A stretch of DNA of 64,000 bases from Gammaproteobacteria bacterium 28-57-27 (GCA_002281735.1 NCGK01000019.1:10777-74776); one strand, 5' to 3'. Positions 9,468-20,200 are shown, counted from the stretch's first letter. Numbers and translations: made by a program. The notes: generated by a model from the letters alone, not told the origin.

Positions 9468-10634
9468 GAGAAAAATCAGCCACACTCCGAGCGCACTCAA
9501 GGCGATGGCGAGCTGCCCAAGCGCCAGCCACTGCACGCTCGCGGCCAGCAGCGTCACCACAAACGCGGCCAGCAGGCCGTTGGAGCTCATCTGGATGAAG
9601 CCCTGCACCCCCGAGGCCATACCGCGCCGGGCGGGGTACATATCCAGCCCCAGCAGGCTCAGGCCGGGCATGGAAAACGCCATGCCCATGGCATACAGCG
9701 CCACCGGCGCAATCAGCGTTACCGCCGTCGGCGTGGGAAGATGCGTCAGCGCCACATTGAACAAGGCCGCAACGGCCATGAGCACAAAACCGACGCTCAC
9801 ACCCTGATGCGATGTCAGACGATGCGCCAGACGCCCGGCGAGGAAACTGCCCATCACGATGCCACCCACCACGGGCACGAACAGCCGCCAGAAATCGCGC
9901 GCGCCATAGCCCAGATGGGTGTAGATCAGCTCCGGCGCGGAGGCAATGTAAATGAACAGACCGCCGAAATTGATACCGAACATCAGCGCCAGCAGCATGA
10001 ATGGAAGATGGCCGAACATGCCGCCATAGGCGCGTGCTACCGACAGGGGATGAATCGGCTGACGCTGGTGATCCGGCAGGGTTTCCGGCATCCATGCTGC
10101 CACCAAGGCAAAGATCAGCAACCCCATCGCAGCCAGAAACAGGAACACCGCGCGCCAACCGAACGCACTATCCAGCCAGCCGCCGACCAGCGGCGCAATC
10201 GCCGGAGCAATGGCGAAAAACAGCATCACATCCGCCGTCACCCGCTGCGCCTGCGCGCCCTCGAACACATCGCGCACCAAGGCACGCCCAATCACCAGCC
10301 CCGCGCCCGCCGCCAACCCTTGCCCAATGCGCATCAGCATCAAGGTGTCGATGTCATTGGCCAAGGCGCAGCCCAGCGAGGCCAGCGCATAGCCGAACAA
10401 GGCGACCAGCACCACCCGCCGCCGCCCAAGCGCGTCGGACAGCGGGCCATAGACCAACATCATCACCCCAAAAGCCCACAGGTAATCGCTCAGAGTGCGC
10501 TGCATCTCCTGCGGCGTCGCACCCAAATCGGCGGCAATGGAAGGAAAGGATGGCAGGTAGGTATCAAGCGAAAACGGCGCCAGCATAGCCAGCGCCGCAA
10601 CGATGAAAGACACCCGCAACGGGTGACGAGTCAC
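9444..10634 (-). CDS. Bcr/CflA-family MFS efflux transporter
   Basis: LDTYLPSFP; GPLSDALGRR; about 12 hydrophobic segments. Confidence 0.92.
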   Translation of the reverse strand: MTRHPLRVSFIVAALAMLAPFSLDTYLPSFPSIAADLGATPQEMQRTLSDYLWAFGVMMLVYGPLSDALGRRRVVLVALFGYALASLGCALANDIDTLMLMRIGQGLAAGAGLVIGRALVRDVFEGAQAQRVTADVMLFFAIAPAIAPLVGGWLDSAFGWRAVFLFLAAMGLLIFALVAAWMPETLPDHQRQPIHPLSVARAYGGMFGHLPFMLLALMFGINFGGLFIYIASAPELIYTHLGYGARDFWRLFVPVVGGIVMGSFLAGRLAHRLTSHQGVSVGFVLMAVAALFNVALTHLPTPTAVTLIAPVALYAMGMAFSMPGLSLLGLDMYPARRGMASGVQGFIQMSSNGLLAAFVVTLLAASVQWLALGQLAIALSALGVWLIFLRAYPQTR

Positions 10635-10636
10635 CT

Positions 10637-11230
10637 TCAGCGCCGCCCGCCGGACACGGCAAGGAAGCGCCTGAGCATGTCATGCCCATGCTCGGTGAGG
10701 ATGGACTCGGGATGAAACTGCACGCCCTCGACAGTGAACTCGCGGTGGTGCACGCCCATGATCTCCTCGAAGGAACCATCCGGGTTTTGTGTCCAGGCGG
10801 TGATTTCCAGGCAGTCCGGCATGGTTTCGCGCTCGATCACCAGCGAGTGGTAGCGTGTGGCTTCAAACGGGTTGGGTAAATCCTCAAACACGCCGACATT
10901 TGCGTGGTACACCTGCGAGGTCTTGCCGTGCATGATCTGCTTGGCGCGGATAATGTGCCCGCCAAAAGCCTGACCAATGGCCTGATGGCCAAGGCAGACG
11001 CCAAGAATCGGCAGCTTGCCTGCAAAATGCTGGATCGCGGCGACTGAGATGCCCGCCTCGTTCGGCGTGCACGGGCCGGGCGAGACGACCAGATGACTGG
11101 GCGCAAGACGCTCGATGTCGTCCAGCGTCAGCTCGTCATTGCGGTGAACTTCGACCTCCGCGCCCAGCTCGCCCAGGTACTGCACGATGTTGTAAGTAAA
11201 AGAGTCGTAGTTGTCGATCATCAAGACCAT
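10637..11230 (-). CDS. trpG: Anthranilate synthase component II
   Basis: MIDNYDSFT; SPGPCTP; GVCLGHQ; QFHPES. Confidence 0.97.
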   Translation of the reverse strand: MVLMIDNYDSFTYNIVQYLGELGAEVEVHRNDELTLDDIERLAPSHLVVSPGPCTPNEAGISVAAIQHFAGKLPILGVCLGHQAIGQAFGGHIIRAKQIMHGKTSQVYHANVGVFEDLPNPFEATRYHSLVIERETMPDCLEITAWTQNPDGSFEEIMGVHHREFTVEGVQFHPESILTEHGHDMLRRFLAVSGGRR

Positions 11231-11247
11231 TTGAGTGTCACCCGATG

Positions 11248-11502
11248 TTATTGCAAGAGCCATTCGCCGGATTGTTTGATATGAAAGTGCATCGCATCCG
11301 GTGCCAAATCAAGCTCTCCTGGCCAAGAGACAAAATAGCCATCGACATAGAGTTTATTGAATTCCGCCGGGTCACGCAGTTTGGCAAAAACGCCGCGATA
11401 CGCCGTAGGGGCAAAACGCACCAGACCCTCCACGCCGTCAGCAAAGCGTACTCGAAAGCTTCCCGGCTCAATGACCTGTGCGTCGACCACATCCCAATCC
11501 AT
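11248..11502 (-). CDS. DUF2442 family protein (putative antitoxin)
   Basis: VRFADG; [12 protein letters not shown]; paired with DUF4160. Confidence 0.8.
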   Translation of the reverse strand: MDWDVVDAQVIEPGSFRVRFADGVEGLVRFAPTAYRGVFAKLRDPAEFNKLYVDGYFVSWPGELDLAPDAMHFHIKQSGEWLLQ

Positions 11503-11511
11503 AACTCCCCC

Positions 11512-11772
11512 CTACTCCAAAGGTTCAATTGCATCGGGCTGCTTGTGTTGCTGGCACAAATCCCAATCTTTCAGCAATTCATCACGATGCAGCTCCGCCC
11601 AATCCAGCACCAACTCTAACGCCCGTCTAGGCAGCTTACCTTCCGCCACATCCAAGGTTTTGATATTGATGACAGCTCGATATTCCGCATATTCAACATG
11701 AAAGTGTGGCGGCGCATGCTCGTTAAAGAACATGCGCACAATCATCCCGAAAAAGCAGCTGATGATAGGCAT
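11512..11772 (-). CDS. DUF4160 family protein (putative toxin)
   Basis: MPIISCFFGMIVRMFFNEHAPPHFHVEY; WAELHRDELLKDW. Confidence 0.85.
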   Translation of the reverse strand: MPIISCFFGMIVRMFFNEHAPPHFHVEYAEYRAVINIKTLDVAEGKLPRRALELVLDWAELHRDELLKDWDLCQQHKQPDAIEPLE

Positions 11773-11773
11773 G

Positions 11774-13285
11774 TCAACGATGCTTCACTGCCGAAGCATC
11801 CAGCCCTGCCTCAGCCAGCGCCACGGCGCGGAACACGGCGCGTCCCTTGTTCATGGTTTCCTTCCATTCCAACGCGGGGATGGAGTCATACACAATCCCC
11901 GCGCCCGCCTGGATGTGCAGCTCGCCGTCCTTGATAACGGCGGTGCGAATGGCAATCGCGGTGTCCATATTGCCGCCGTGTGCGCCCCCCCAGCCCAAAT
12001 AACCGACCGCACCGGCATACACGCCGCGCTTGACCGGCTCCAGCTCGTCGATGATTTCCATCGCCCGCACCTTGGGCGCACCGGACACGGTGCCCGCCGG
12101 AAAGGTGGCGCGCAGCACGTCCATGGCCGATAAACCCTCGCGCAGCTTGCCGGTGACGTTGGAAACAATGTGCATGACATGCGAGTAACGTTCGATTTGC
12201 ATCTTTTCAGTCAAGCGCACGCTACCCGTTTGGCACACGCGACCAATATCGTTGCGTCCCAAGTCGATCAGCATCAAATGCTCGGCGCGCTCTTTGGGGT
12301 CGGCCAGCAATTCGACCTCAAGCGCTGCGTCCTCAGCGGCATCATGACCACGGCGGCGCGTGCCGGCAATCGGGCGCACAGTGACTTCTTCATCGTCCAA
12401 ACGCACCAGAATCTCCGGCGAGGAACCCACCACCTGCATCTCGCCCAAATCAAGGTAAAACATATATGGCGAAGGATTCAACCCGCGCAGGGCACGGTAC
12501 AAATCCAGCGAGGGCGCAGCAAACGGAATACTCATGCGCTGCGACAGCACCACTTGCATCACATCACCCGCAGCAATGTATTCCTTGGCCTTGTGTACCG
12601 CGTGCTTGAAACCATCCTCGGTAAAGCCGGACACGAAATCCGCTTCATTGACCTTGGCGGGGCGATGCTGGGTTTGCGGCGCTGACAACGGCAGGCGCAG
12701 TTGCGTTTCGATGGCATCCAGCCGCTGCTGTGCCGCCGCAAGGCCGCCGGGCAGGGCATGCACAATAATCTGTAAACGCCCGCGCAGGTTGTCGAACACC
12801 ACCACTTCATCCGAGAGCATGAGCAGAATATCCGGCGCGCCGATGGTGTCGGGCTTGTACAACCCCTGCGCCAACTTGGGCTCGATATAGCGAATGGTGT
12901 CGTAGCCGAAATAGCCAACCAGCCCACCAAAAAAGCGCGGCAAGCCCTCAATGTCAGGCACGCGAAAACGCTCTTGAAACGCCTCGATAAAGACCAGCGG
13001 ATCAGGCGCTTCGATCTGCTCGACCACTTCGCCCGCCTCTTCAATCGTCACTTTATAGCCCTGCACCTTGAGCACCGTGCGCGCAGGCAAGCCGATAATG
13101 GAATAGCGCCCCCACTTCTCGCCACCCTGCACCGACTCGAACAGGTAACTATGTGGCAGGTGCGCCAGCTTGAGATAAACCGACAGCGGGGTATCAAGAT
13201 CAGCCAGGACTTCGCGCATCACCGGGATGCGGTTGTAGCCCTCAGCACAAAGTTGTTCAAATTGTTCAAATTGTTCAAGACGCAT
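11774..13285 (-). CDS. trpE: Anthranilate synthase component I
   Basis: [16 protein letters not shown]; NPSPYM; RPIAGT; [12 protein letters not shown]. Confidence 0.97.
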   Translation of the reverse strand: MRLEQFEQFEQLCAEGYNRIPVMREVLADLDTPLSVYLKLAHLPHSYLFESVQGGEKWGRYSIIGLPARTVLKVQGYKVTIEEAGEVVEQIEAPDPLVFIEAFQERFRVPDIEGLPRFFGGLVGYFGYDTIRYIEPKLAQGLYKPDTIGAPDILLMLSDEVVVFDNLRGRLQIIVHALPGGLAAAQQRLDAIETQLRLPLSAPQTQHRPAKVNEADFVSGFTEDGFKHAVHKAKEYIAAGDVMQVVLSQRMSIPFAAPSLDLYRALRGLNPSPYMFYLDLGEMQVVGSSPEILVRLDDEEVTVRPIAGTRRRGHDAAEDAALEVELLADPKERAEHLMLIDLGRNDIGRVCQTGSVRLTEKMQIERYSHVMHIVSNVTGKLREGLSAMDVLRATFPAGTVSGAPKVRAMEIIDELEPVKRGVYAGAVGYLGWGGAHGGNMDTAIAIRTAVIKDGELHIQAGAGIVYDSIPALEWKETMNKGRAVFRAVALAEAGLDASAVKHR

Positions 13286-13378
13286 AATGAAATCTCCAGA
13301 AAAACGGGCAAGGATCGACGGCGCGGTGTCAAAAACCTCGCCACCATCGTTCGTCTTGCCACATTTTCCTGTCATGGA

Positions 13379-14056
13379 TCATGATGCCTTCACCAGCTCT
13401 TTCAGCTCGACCATGGAGTCGATCACCGCATCCGGATGGTAGTTGCGGATATCTTCGCCGTGATTGTAGCCATAGCTCATGCAGATGATATTAAAGCCCG
13501 CCGCGCGCGCCGCTTTCACGTCGGAGATTGAATCGCCAATCATCAAAGCCTCGTGCGGGGCGCAATGAAACCAGCCCGCCGCATAAAACAGGGGGCCCGG
13601 ATCAGGCTTTTTGACCGACAAGGTGTCGCCAGAAATCACCGTCTCGAACATGTCAAAAACGCCCAAATCCTTGAGTAAAGGCACGGTGAACTGCTCGGCC
13701 TTATTGGTCACGCAGCCCACGCGCAGACCGAGCGACTTGACGAACTCCAGCCCCTCTTTGACCCCCGGATAGAGAAAGGAGCGGCCGGAGGTGTTGTCGG
13801 CGTAGAGCTGCTTGAACATAGGCAGCGCTGTCGCAAACAGCACCGCGTCCGGCTTGCCGTTGATATCATTGGTCAGCGCGCGTTCGACCAGACGCTCGAC
13901 GCCGTTGCCGACCCAGTTACGCACGGCAGCTTCACCGCGCAGCGGCATATCCAGCGCCCGCATCATCTCATCCACGCAATAGGCGAGATCCGGCACGCTG
14001 TCAATCAGGGTGCCATCCAAGTCGAACAGCACCATTTTGGGAGCGAAAGTTTTCAT
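13379..14056 (-). CDS. gph: Phosphoglycolate phosphatase
   Basis: FDLDGTLIDS; TNK; KKPDP; IGDS. Confidence 0.93.
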   Translation of the reverse strand: MKTFAPKMVLFDLDGTLIDSVPDLAYCVDEMMRALDMPLRGEAAVRNWVGNGVERLVERALTNDINGKPDAVLFATALPMFKQLYADNTSGRSFLYPGVKEGLEFVKSLGLRVGCVTNKAEQFTVPLLKDLGVFDMFETVISGDTLSVKKPDPGPLFYAAGWFHCAPHEALMIGDSISDVKAARAAGFNIICMSYGYNHGEDIRNYHPDAVIDSMVELKELVKAS

Positions 14057-14061
14057 GCAGA

Positions 14062-14754
14062 TCAGCCGCCGACCTTGGACAGCTCGGCGCGCATTTCAGC
14101 GATAACGCTGTCGTAACGGTTCGCGTCGCTCTCGTTGCGCTTGCCAAACAGGGCCGAGCCAGACACAAAGGTATCCACACCAGCTTCTGCGATTTCGCGG
14201 ATATTCGCCGCGCTTACACCACCGTCGATTTCCAGACGGCAGTCATAACCGCCCGCGTCGATCATTGCACGCACCTTGCGCGCCTTGTCCAGCACATACG
14301 GAATGAACTTCTGGCCGCCAAAGCCGGGGTTAACCGACATCAGCAGTACCATATCCAGCTTGGGCAGCATGTATTCCAGCACATCCAGCGGGGTGGCCGG
14401 ATTGAACACCAGACCGGCCTTGCAGCCGGACTCCTTAATCAGTCCGATGGTGCGGTCGATATGTTCGGAAGCTTCCGGGTGGAAGGTGATAAAGGTCGCG
14501 CCCGCCTTGGCAAAATCCGGGATGATGCGATCGACCGGCTTCACCATCAAATGCACATCAATCGGCGCAGTCACGCCATGCTTGCGCAGCGCCTCGCACA
14601 CCAGCGGCCCGATGGTCAGGTTGGGCACGTAGTGGTTATCCATCACGTCGAAGTGAACGATGTCGGCACCGGCGGCCAAGACGTTATCCACTTCCTCGCC
14701 AAGTCGGGCGAAGTTGGCGGAAAGGATGGATGGGGCGATGAGGAACTTGGACAT
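14062..14754 (-). CDS. rpe: Ribulose-phosphate 3-epimerase
   Basis: APSILSA; [14 protein letters not shown]; [10 protein letters not shown]. Confidence 0.98.
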   Translation of the reverse strand: MSKFLIAPSILSANFARLGEEVDNVLAAGADIVHFDVMDNHYVPNLTIGPLVCEALRKHGVTAPIDVHLMVKPVDRIIPDFAKAGATFITFHPEASEHIDRTIGLIKESGCKAGLVFNPATPLDVLEYMLPKLDMVLLMSVNPGFGGQKFIPYVLDKARKVRAMIDAGGYDCRLEIDGGVSAANIREIAEAGVDTFVSGSALFGKRNESDANRYDSVIAEMRAELSKVGG

Positions 14755-14917
14755 GATAAAACTCCGCTAAAAACCAAAAATGAAAGCCGATTTCAGGCAA
14801 ATGTACCGCAAGCGCCCGGCGAATTCACCCCATACCGGGCAAGGAAGGATGAACGCGCTCATTTTTTTGCCCAACATTTGCAGCAACTTCGGCACACCTC
14901 ATGCCTTTGATGGGTCT

Positions 14918-15247
14918 TTAGGGTTGCTTGGGCGGAAAAGTCGCGATATACGCCAAAAGCTCTTGAATCTGCGTCTCGGTCAGGCTTTTGGCCATATCCA
15001 CCATCACCTTATGCCCGTGACCCGCGCGGTAGTTTTGCATCATGGCGGCATACACCTCCACCGATTTGCTGTTCAAACCAGGAAACATCGGCGGCACACC
15101 CTGCCCCTTACCACCATGACACAGTGCGCAGTGTGCCTTGTAAAGCTCCTTGCCCGTGCTGGGCGCAGGCTGCACTGAAGCATCCGCCCATGCGCCGGAG
15201 GCTGTCAGAAGAGCAACCACACTTACGACCCTGATGAAACGTCTCAC
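14918..15247 (-). CDS. Class I monoheme cytochrome c
   Basis: Signal peptide, CALCH heme motif, distal Met. Confidence 0.88.
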   Translation of the reverse strand: MRRFIRVVSVVALLTASGAWADASVQPAPSTGKELYKAHCALCHGGKGQGVPPMFPGLNSKSVEVYAAMMQNYRAGHGHKVMVDMAKSLTETQIQELLAYIATFPPKQP

Positions 15248-15439
15248 TCCACGAACCTCCGCAATGCGCCCAAATCATTTTTTCTTATACCAGAAAAACG
15301 GACGGCAACAGAAGGTCAAGAATGGAACCGTTATTTGTCATGGCACCGCAAACAGGTACATGAAAAATCGAGCGTGTCGTGGCACGCATTGCTCAACGAC
15401 GACGGGAACCCCAAGCCAACATTCCTTGGCAACGATCCG

Positions 15440-15465
15440 GCACCGCCTCGAACGCCTTGTTCGGC
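15440..15465 (-). other. Left arm of an attC-like site after the DUF3224 gene
   Basis: Minus strand GCCGAAC-AAGGC-GTTCGAGGCGG, 9 nt after the stop; complementary GTTCGGC core upstream of the gene at 15892-15898; right arm not evident. Confidence 0.4.
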
Positions 15466-15474
15466 AATGGGCAT

Positions 15475-15861
15475 TTAGAGGCGGTATTCGAAATCATAAT
15501 AGTGCTGTCCATTTTCGATTCGAATATCCATCTTCCCCGTCAACCCTTCGAGCTCACCAGTTCCCGAATCAGGGACAACCTCCAGAGTAAGTAGCCTTTT
15601 GCCATCGCCCATAAATCCATAGTGCTGCAAGACGAAACTACCGTTCCTCCCTTCTAACTCCCCCGTTACCTGCTCTACCGCGACATAGCCCGCCGAACCC
15701 TCGACCGGAGAAAGCGCATTGAGCATTTCGCCTTTGCTGACGGCTGACAAGCCACCAAAGAATGTCTTGTCAATTGACATTCTGCCGAGCTTTACGCCAT
15801 CAACGCCGGTGGCATACGTTTCCAACGGCTTCATGACCAAATCAAATTTACCTGAAATCAT
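15475..15861 (-). CDS. DUF3224 family protein
   Basis: DKTFFGGL; SAGYVAVEQVTGELEGRNGSFVLQH; VVPDSGTGELEGL. Confidence 0.88.
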   Translation of the reverse strand: MISGKFDLVMKPLETYATGVDGVKLGRMSIDKTFFGGLSAVSKGEMLNALSPVEGSAGYVAVEQVTGELEGRNGSFVLQHYGFMGDGKRLLTLEVVPDSGTGELEGLTGKMDIRIENGQHYYDFEYRL

Positions 15862-16202
15862 AATCTCTCCTTTAGCTTCATGTATCTATCAGCCGAACAC
15901 GTTTTATACGGCGGGGTTGTTATGACGGCGGTAACTGCCGACAGATGCGGGCGTTTCGATTCCGCGCTTGCGTGACGAGGCGAGCGCCCACATTCGCGCC
16001 GAACAATACAGCTTGCAAACTGAGCGAGCTGAGCCTTGCTGGCCAAGCGCTGCAATGAACCTAGATTAACCTCCACGCAAACACAAGCACATGCCACCTG
16101 CAGTGTCGTTTTCCCTGTTGCCAAAAAGGATACCGGACGTGGTGAGCGGAGAATGGGAATTTGCGTATCATGCTTTGAAAACTTCATTCTGAGGATTCCG
16201 CC

Positions 16203-17360
16203 ATGCCCGCCCCCGCTTTGCATGACATGCTCGCCCGGCTGATTGCCATTCCCTCGGTCAGCAGTGTCAATCCGCGTTTCGATCAGGGCAACCGCGTGCT
16301 GATTGACGAGATCGCAGGCTGGATGGAGGCGGCGGGGTTTGCGGTGGAGATCGTGCCGCTGCCGGGGCGGCCAGACAAGGCGAATGTGATCGGCACGCTT
16401 GGCCGGGGTTCGGGCGGGCTGGTGCTGTCCGGGCATACCGATACCGTGCCTTGCGACCCGGAGTTGTGGCGCCATGATCCGTTTCAACTAACCGAAGCCG
16501 ATGGCCGTCTGTACGGGCTAGGCACCTCGGACATGAAGTCGTTTATCGCCCTTGCCTTGGAAGCCGCACGCGGCCTGAACGCCAGCGAGTTGAAGCAACC
16601 GCTGATTATTCTCGCCACGGCGGACGAGGAAAGTTCGATGGCGGGCGCGGAAGCCTTGGTCAAGCTGGGGCGACCCAAGGCGCGCCATGCAGTGATCGGC
16701 GAGCCGACCGGCCTCAAGCCGATTCGTATGCACAAGGGCGTGATGATGGAGGCGATCCGCATTCGCGGACGTTCCGGGCATTCCAGCGATGCCAGTCTGG
16801 GCGCGAGTGCGCTTGAGGGAATGCAGCAGGCTATGGGCGCGCTGCTCGACTTCCGCACCGAACTGCAAAGCTGCCACTGCAATCCGCTGTTTCATGTGCC
16901 CGTGCCGACCATGAACCTTGGCTACATCCACGGCGGCGACAACCCCAACCGCATCTGCGGGCATTGCGAGCTGCACATCGACGTGCGCCCGCTGCCCGGC
17001 ATGAATATGCTGGAACTGCGCGACATGCTGCGCGAGCGCTTGCAACAGGCCGTCACCCTGCCCGGCCTGAGCCTTACGCTCGAACCGCTGTTTCCCGGCA
17101 CCGCACCGATGGAAACCCCGCCGGATGCCGAACTGGTAAAAGTGACCGAACGCCTGACCGGCCACACAGCAGGCGCGGTAGCCTTCGGCACCGAAGCGCC
17201 CTATCTGCGTGAGCTGGGCATGGACGTGGTGGTGCTCGGCCCCGGCGACATTGCGCAGGCGCACCAGCCGGATGAATACCTCGCACTGGAGCGCATCCCG
17301 CCGACGATTGAACTGCTGCGTGGATTGATTCAGCGTTTTTGTCTGACGGCGGATGTGTGA
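16203..17360 (+). CDS. argE: Acetylornithine deacetylase
   Basis: LSGHTDTVP; GLGTSDMK; ADEE; GEPT; FGTEAP. Confidence 0.95.
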   Translation: MPAPALHDMLARLIAIPSVSSVNPRFDQGNRVLIDEIAGWMEAAGFAVEIVPLPGRPDKANVIGTLGRGSGGLVLSGHTDTVPCDPELWRHDPFQLTEADGRLYGLGTSDMKSFIALALEAARGLNASELKQPLIILATADEESSMAGAEALVKLGRPKARHAVIGEPTGLKPIRMHKGVMMEAIRIRGRSGHSSDASLGASALEGMQQAMGALLDFRTELQSCHCNPLFHVPVPTMNLGYIHGGDNPNRICGHCELHIDVRPLPGMNMLELRDMLRERLQQAVTLPGLSLTLEPLFPGTAPMETPPDAELVKVTERLTGHTAGAVAFGTEAPYLRELGMDVVVLGPGDIAQAHQPDEYLALERIPPTIELLRGLIQRFCLTADV

Positions 17361-17460
17361 GAGTAGGTTGATCGGCTTGCTGAATATCGTTAGGGCAACG
17401 CACAGCCACTAAGACGTTCATGCCAACATTTATCGGATAATTAACATTAGGTTGCTGAAC

Positions 17461-18006
17461 ATGGCTCCCGTGCCGGATTTTTGGATAGAACACAAAAAAC
17501 ACTTGCGTGGCTTCATTGCCAAACGAGTGCGGGAACCTGCTGCTGTTGACGACATTCTGCAAGATGTGTTCGTCAAGGCTTATACAAACCTGCACACAGT
17601 CAAGTCGCACGGTAGTCTCACCTCCTGGTTGTACCGCATTGCGGCGAATGCCATAGCCGATCACTACCGAGGGCAAAAACCCTCGGAAGAAATACCTGAC
17701 GAATGGCCGTCGCCCGAGCCAGAGCCCGATTACATCGCCGAGCTGGCATCGTGCCTTAAGCCGCTGATTGCCGACTTGCCCGAGACCTACCGGATGCCTC
17801 TTGTATGGTCGGAGATTGATGGGTTGGCACAAAAAGAAGTAGCAAGCCGTTTGGGGCTTTCCCTTTCCGGCGCGAAGTCGAGGGTGCAGCGTGGCCGCGA
17901 GAAATTGCGCCAGCGCTTGTTCGAATGTTGCGATATTGAGACTGGTCGACACGGCATCATTGGCTATGAAGTCCGCGACAGAAAGCGCGGCTGTGATTCT
18001 GGCTGA
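17461..18006 (+). CDS. sigZ: ECF sigma factor, SigZ type
   Basis: [10 protein letters not shown]; WLYRIAAN; [12 protein letters not shown]; C-terminal CCDIE. Confidence 0.85.
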   Translation: MAPVPDFWIEHKKHLRGFIAKRVREPAAVDDILQDVFVKAYTNLHTVKSHGSLTSWLYRIAANAIADHYRGQKPSEEIPDEWPSPEPEPDYIAELASCLKPLIADLPETYRMPLVWSEIDGLAQKEVASRLGLSLSGAKSRVQRGREKLRQRLFECCDIETGRHGIIGYEVRDRKRGCDSG

Positions 18007-18093
18007 TACAATTTTTGCGTCCTTTTCGCACAAACTCCGTCTATATGGGTACGGCGCAATAAGTGCCGCAACCCTGAAGAGCGGAGTAAATCC

Positions 18094-18888
18094 ATGAACG
18101 ACGTAAAACACGATGAAATTCGGCAAGCCGTGCGCCAGCAATACGGCCAAGTGGCGGAAAGCGAAAGCTGCGGCTGTGGTCCTGCCTGCTGCGGGGAAAC
18201 AACAACTAGCGCCGATGTGCTTTCACAGGCGCTGGGATATTCGGCAGACGAAACCGCCCTTGTCCCTGACGGTGCCAATATGGGACTGGGCTGTGGTAAC
18301 CCGCAAGCCATCGCTAACCTGAAGCCCGGCGAAACCGTGCTTGACCTTGGCAGCGGTGGTGGATTCGATTGCTTTCTTGCCGCAAGGCAAGTCGGCGATT
18401 CGGGTCATGTCATCGGCGTTGATATGACCCCGGCGATGGTTTCCAAAGCGCGAGCCAATGCAGATAAAGGCGGCTACCGAAATGTTGAGTTCCGGCTAGG
18501 AGAAATTGAAAACCTGCCCGTCGCTGACGCAACGGTGGATGCGATCATTTCCAACTGTGTCATCAACTTGTCGCCGGACAAGCCTCGTGTATTCGCCGAT
18601 GCCTACCGGGTCTTGAAATCGGGCGGCAGGCTGGCCATCTCGGATGTTGTGGCCTTTGACGAATTGCCCGACGATATCCGGAGCGATATGGCGCTATTCA
18701 CGGGCTGCATGGCGGGCGCATCGCTGATTACCGAGGTGGAGGACATGTTGAAAACGGCTGGTTTCCAACAGATTCGGGTTGCCCCCAAAGACGAGAGCAA
18801 GACTTTCATTCGTGATTGGGCACCCGGGAGCGCAGTGACGGACTATGTGGTTTCTGCAACCATCGAAGCCATAAAACCTGCAACCTAA
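18094..18888 (+). CDS. arsM: Arsenite S-adenosylmethionine methyltransferase
   Basis: CGCGPACCG; GLGCGNP; [10 protein letters not shown]; SNCVINLS; TGCMAGA. Confidence 0.92.
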   Translation: MNDVKHDEIRQAVRQQYGQVAESESCGCGPACCGETTTSADVLSQALGYSADETALVPDGANMGLGCGNPQAIANLKPGETVLDLGSGGGFDCFLAARQVGDSGHVIGVDMTPAMVSKARANADKGGYRNVEFRLGEIENLPVADATVDAIISNCVINLSPDKPRVFADAYRVLKSGGRLAISDVVAFDELPDDIRSDMALFTGCMAGASLITEVEDMLKTAGFQQIRVAPKDESKTFIRDWAPGSAVTDYVVSATIEAIKPAT

Positions 18889-18952
18889 CCCTGCAGTCCA
18901 CCGGACGCTATGCGATAAATGTCGCGCAGCGCCGGTGACTTCAACGTCAGCT
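18883..18952 (+). other. attC-like site (70 bp) overlapping the arsM stop
   Basis: ACCTAAC-CCTGC-AGTCCACCGG-CGCT...AGCG-CCGGTGACT-TCAAC-GTCAGCT; matching leading core GTTAGGG at 17389-17395. Confidence 0.75.
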
Positions 18953-19098
18953 GTTATGAACTGGCAGTTTCTTGAAGCATCCAGAGAAGGGCTGGCTCGA
19001 AGAGGACAACATCAGTAAAAACATAGACTTATGACTACTTTCCCACCCTCTCCCATGCTCTCCATATTAAGAGGGGAAACACCCCTTCTGCGTAAGGC

Positions 19099-19182
19099 CT
19101 AAGCCGCCAACTTCTCCGGCCTGACCACCGGCGGGTGCAGCGGATCGTAATCCGCCACCAGCTCGCCCTGGGCAATCAGCTT
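19099..19182 (-). pseudogene. Orphan 3' fragment of a second allele of the ABC ATPase gene
   Basis: Translates [27 protein letters not shown], versus [31 protein letters not shown] of the intact gene. Confidence 0.85.
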
Positions 19183-19196
19183 GTGATGGCAGAAGC

Positions 19197-19231
19197 AAAA
19201 AACAAAAACGCCGCGCATAAAGCGCGGCGTT
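19197..19231 (-). terminator. Intrinsic terminator of the ABC operon
   Basis: AACGCCGCGC-ATAAA-GCGCGGCGTT followed by T runs on the minus strand. Confidence 0.75.
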
Positions 19232-19248
19232 CAATCGTATGAGTTTTC

Positions 19249-19310
19249 GTAGGAGCCCCGTCTCGGGGCGATGGGTTTCACAGCCTATCGCCCCGAGACG
19301 GGGCTCCTAC
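19249..19310. repeat. GTAG-type REP doublet
   Basis: GTAGGAGCCCCGTCTCGGGGCGAT...ATCGCCCCGAGACGGGGCTCCTAC perfect 24-bp inverted repeat. Confidence 0.85.
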
Positions 19311-19319
19311 AAGCCTGAA

Positions 19320-20195
19320 TCAAGCCGCAAGCTTCAACGCTTCAGCCACAGGCCGAACCACTGGCGGATGTAGCGGGTCGTAATCGTCCGGCAGCTCGCC
19401 CTGGGCGATCAGCTTGGAGCGGCTGACCAGGAAGTCTACCAAGTGGTTGCGCACGGCGTAGAAATGCGGGTCGTGGTGAATCTCCTGACGTACACGCGGC
19501 TTGGGCAGCGGGTTTTCCACGATCTCGGCGATCTTGGCATACGGGCCGTTGGACATCAGCACGATCTTGTCGGCCAGCAGGATGGCCTCGTCCACATCGT
19601 GGGTAATCATGAACACCGTCTGGTGCGTGGCGGCGCAGATCTTCACCAGTTCGTCCTGAATCACGCCGCGCGTCAGCGCATCCAGTGCGCCGAAGGGCTC
19701 GTCCATCAGCAGCATCTTCGGTTCGATGGCGAAGGCGCGGGCGATACCGACGCGTTGCTTCATGCCGCCGGAAAGCTGGTGCGGCTTCTTGTCCGCCGCG
19801 TGACCGAGGCCGACCAGCTCAATGTACTTCATGCAGTGCTCGCGCACCTGCGCCTTGCTCCAGTCGTGCCAGCGCGAGCTGACGGCGAAGGCGACGTTCT
19901 CGATCACCGTCAGCCAGGGCATCAGCGCGTGGCTCTGGAACACCACGCCGCGATCCAGGCTCGGGCCTTTCACTTCGCGTCCATCCATGAAGACATTGCC
20001 ATCGGTGGCTTCATCCAGTCCGGCCAGCACATTAAGGATGGTGGACTTGCCGCAGCCGGAGTGGCCGATAATGCAGACGAATTCACCTTTTTCGAAACCG
20101 AAATGGATGTTTTCAAACACGGTGACATCTTGTGCGCCACCCGGCGAGGGAAAGACCTTTTTCAGTCCTTCAACCTTGAGGAAGGGCTGGTTCAT
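19320..20195 (-). CDS. Cyanate/nitrate-type ABC transporter ATP-binding protein (CynD/NrtD-like)
   Basis: GHSGCGKS; LSGGMKQR; [11 protein letters not shown]; start reset to ATG 20195. Confidence 0.93.
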   Translation of the reverse strand: MNQPFLKVEGLKKVFPSPGGAQDVTVFENIHFGFEKGEFVCIIGHSGCGKSTILNVLAGLDEATDGNVFMDGREVKGPSLDRGVVFQSHALMPWLTVIENVAFAVSSRWHDWSKAQVREHCMKYIELVGLGHAADKKPHQLSGGMKQRVGIARAFAIEPKMLLMDEPFGALDALTRGVIQDELVKICAATHQTVFMITHDVDEAILLADKIVLMSNGPYAKIAEIVENPLPKPRVRQEIHHDPHFYAVRNHLVDFLVSRSKLIAQGELPDDYDPLHPPVVRPVAEALKLAA

Positions 20196-20200
20196 ACGTA

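Noticed and set aside
9363-10715. Long antisense ORFs (also 31384-32892, 47750-48826, 59136-60356, 61224-62504)
   Set aside because: They are shadows of well-supported genes in GC-rich DNA and show no family motifs
18953-19085. A further cassette after the arsM attC
   Set aside because: No ORF or inverse core site recognised
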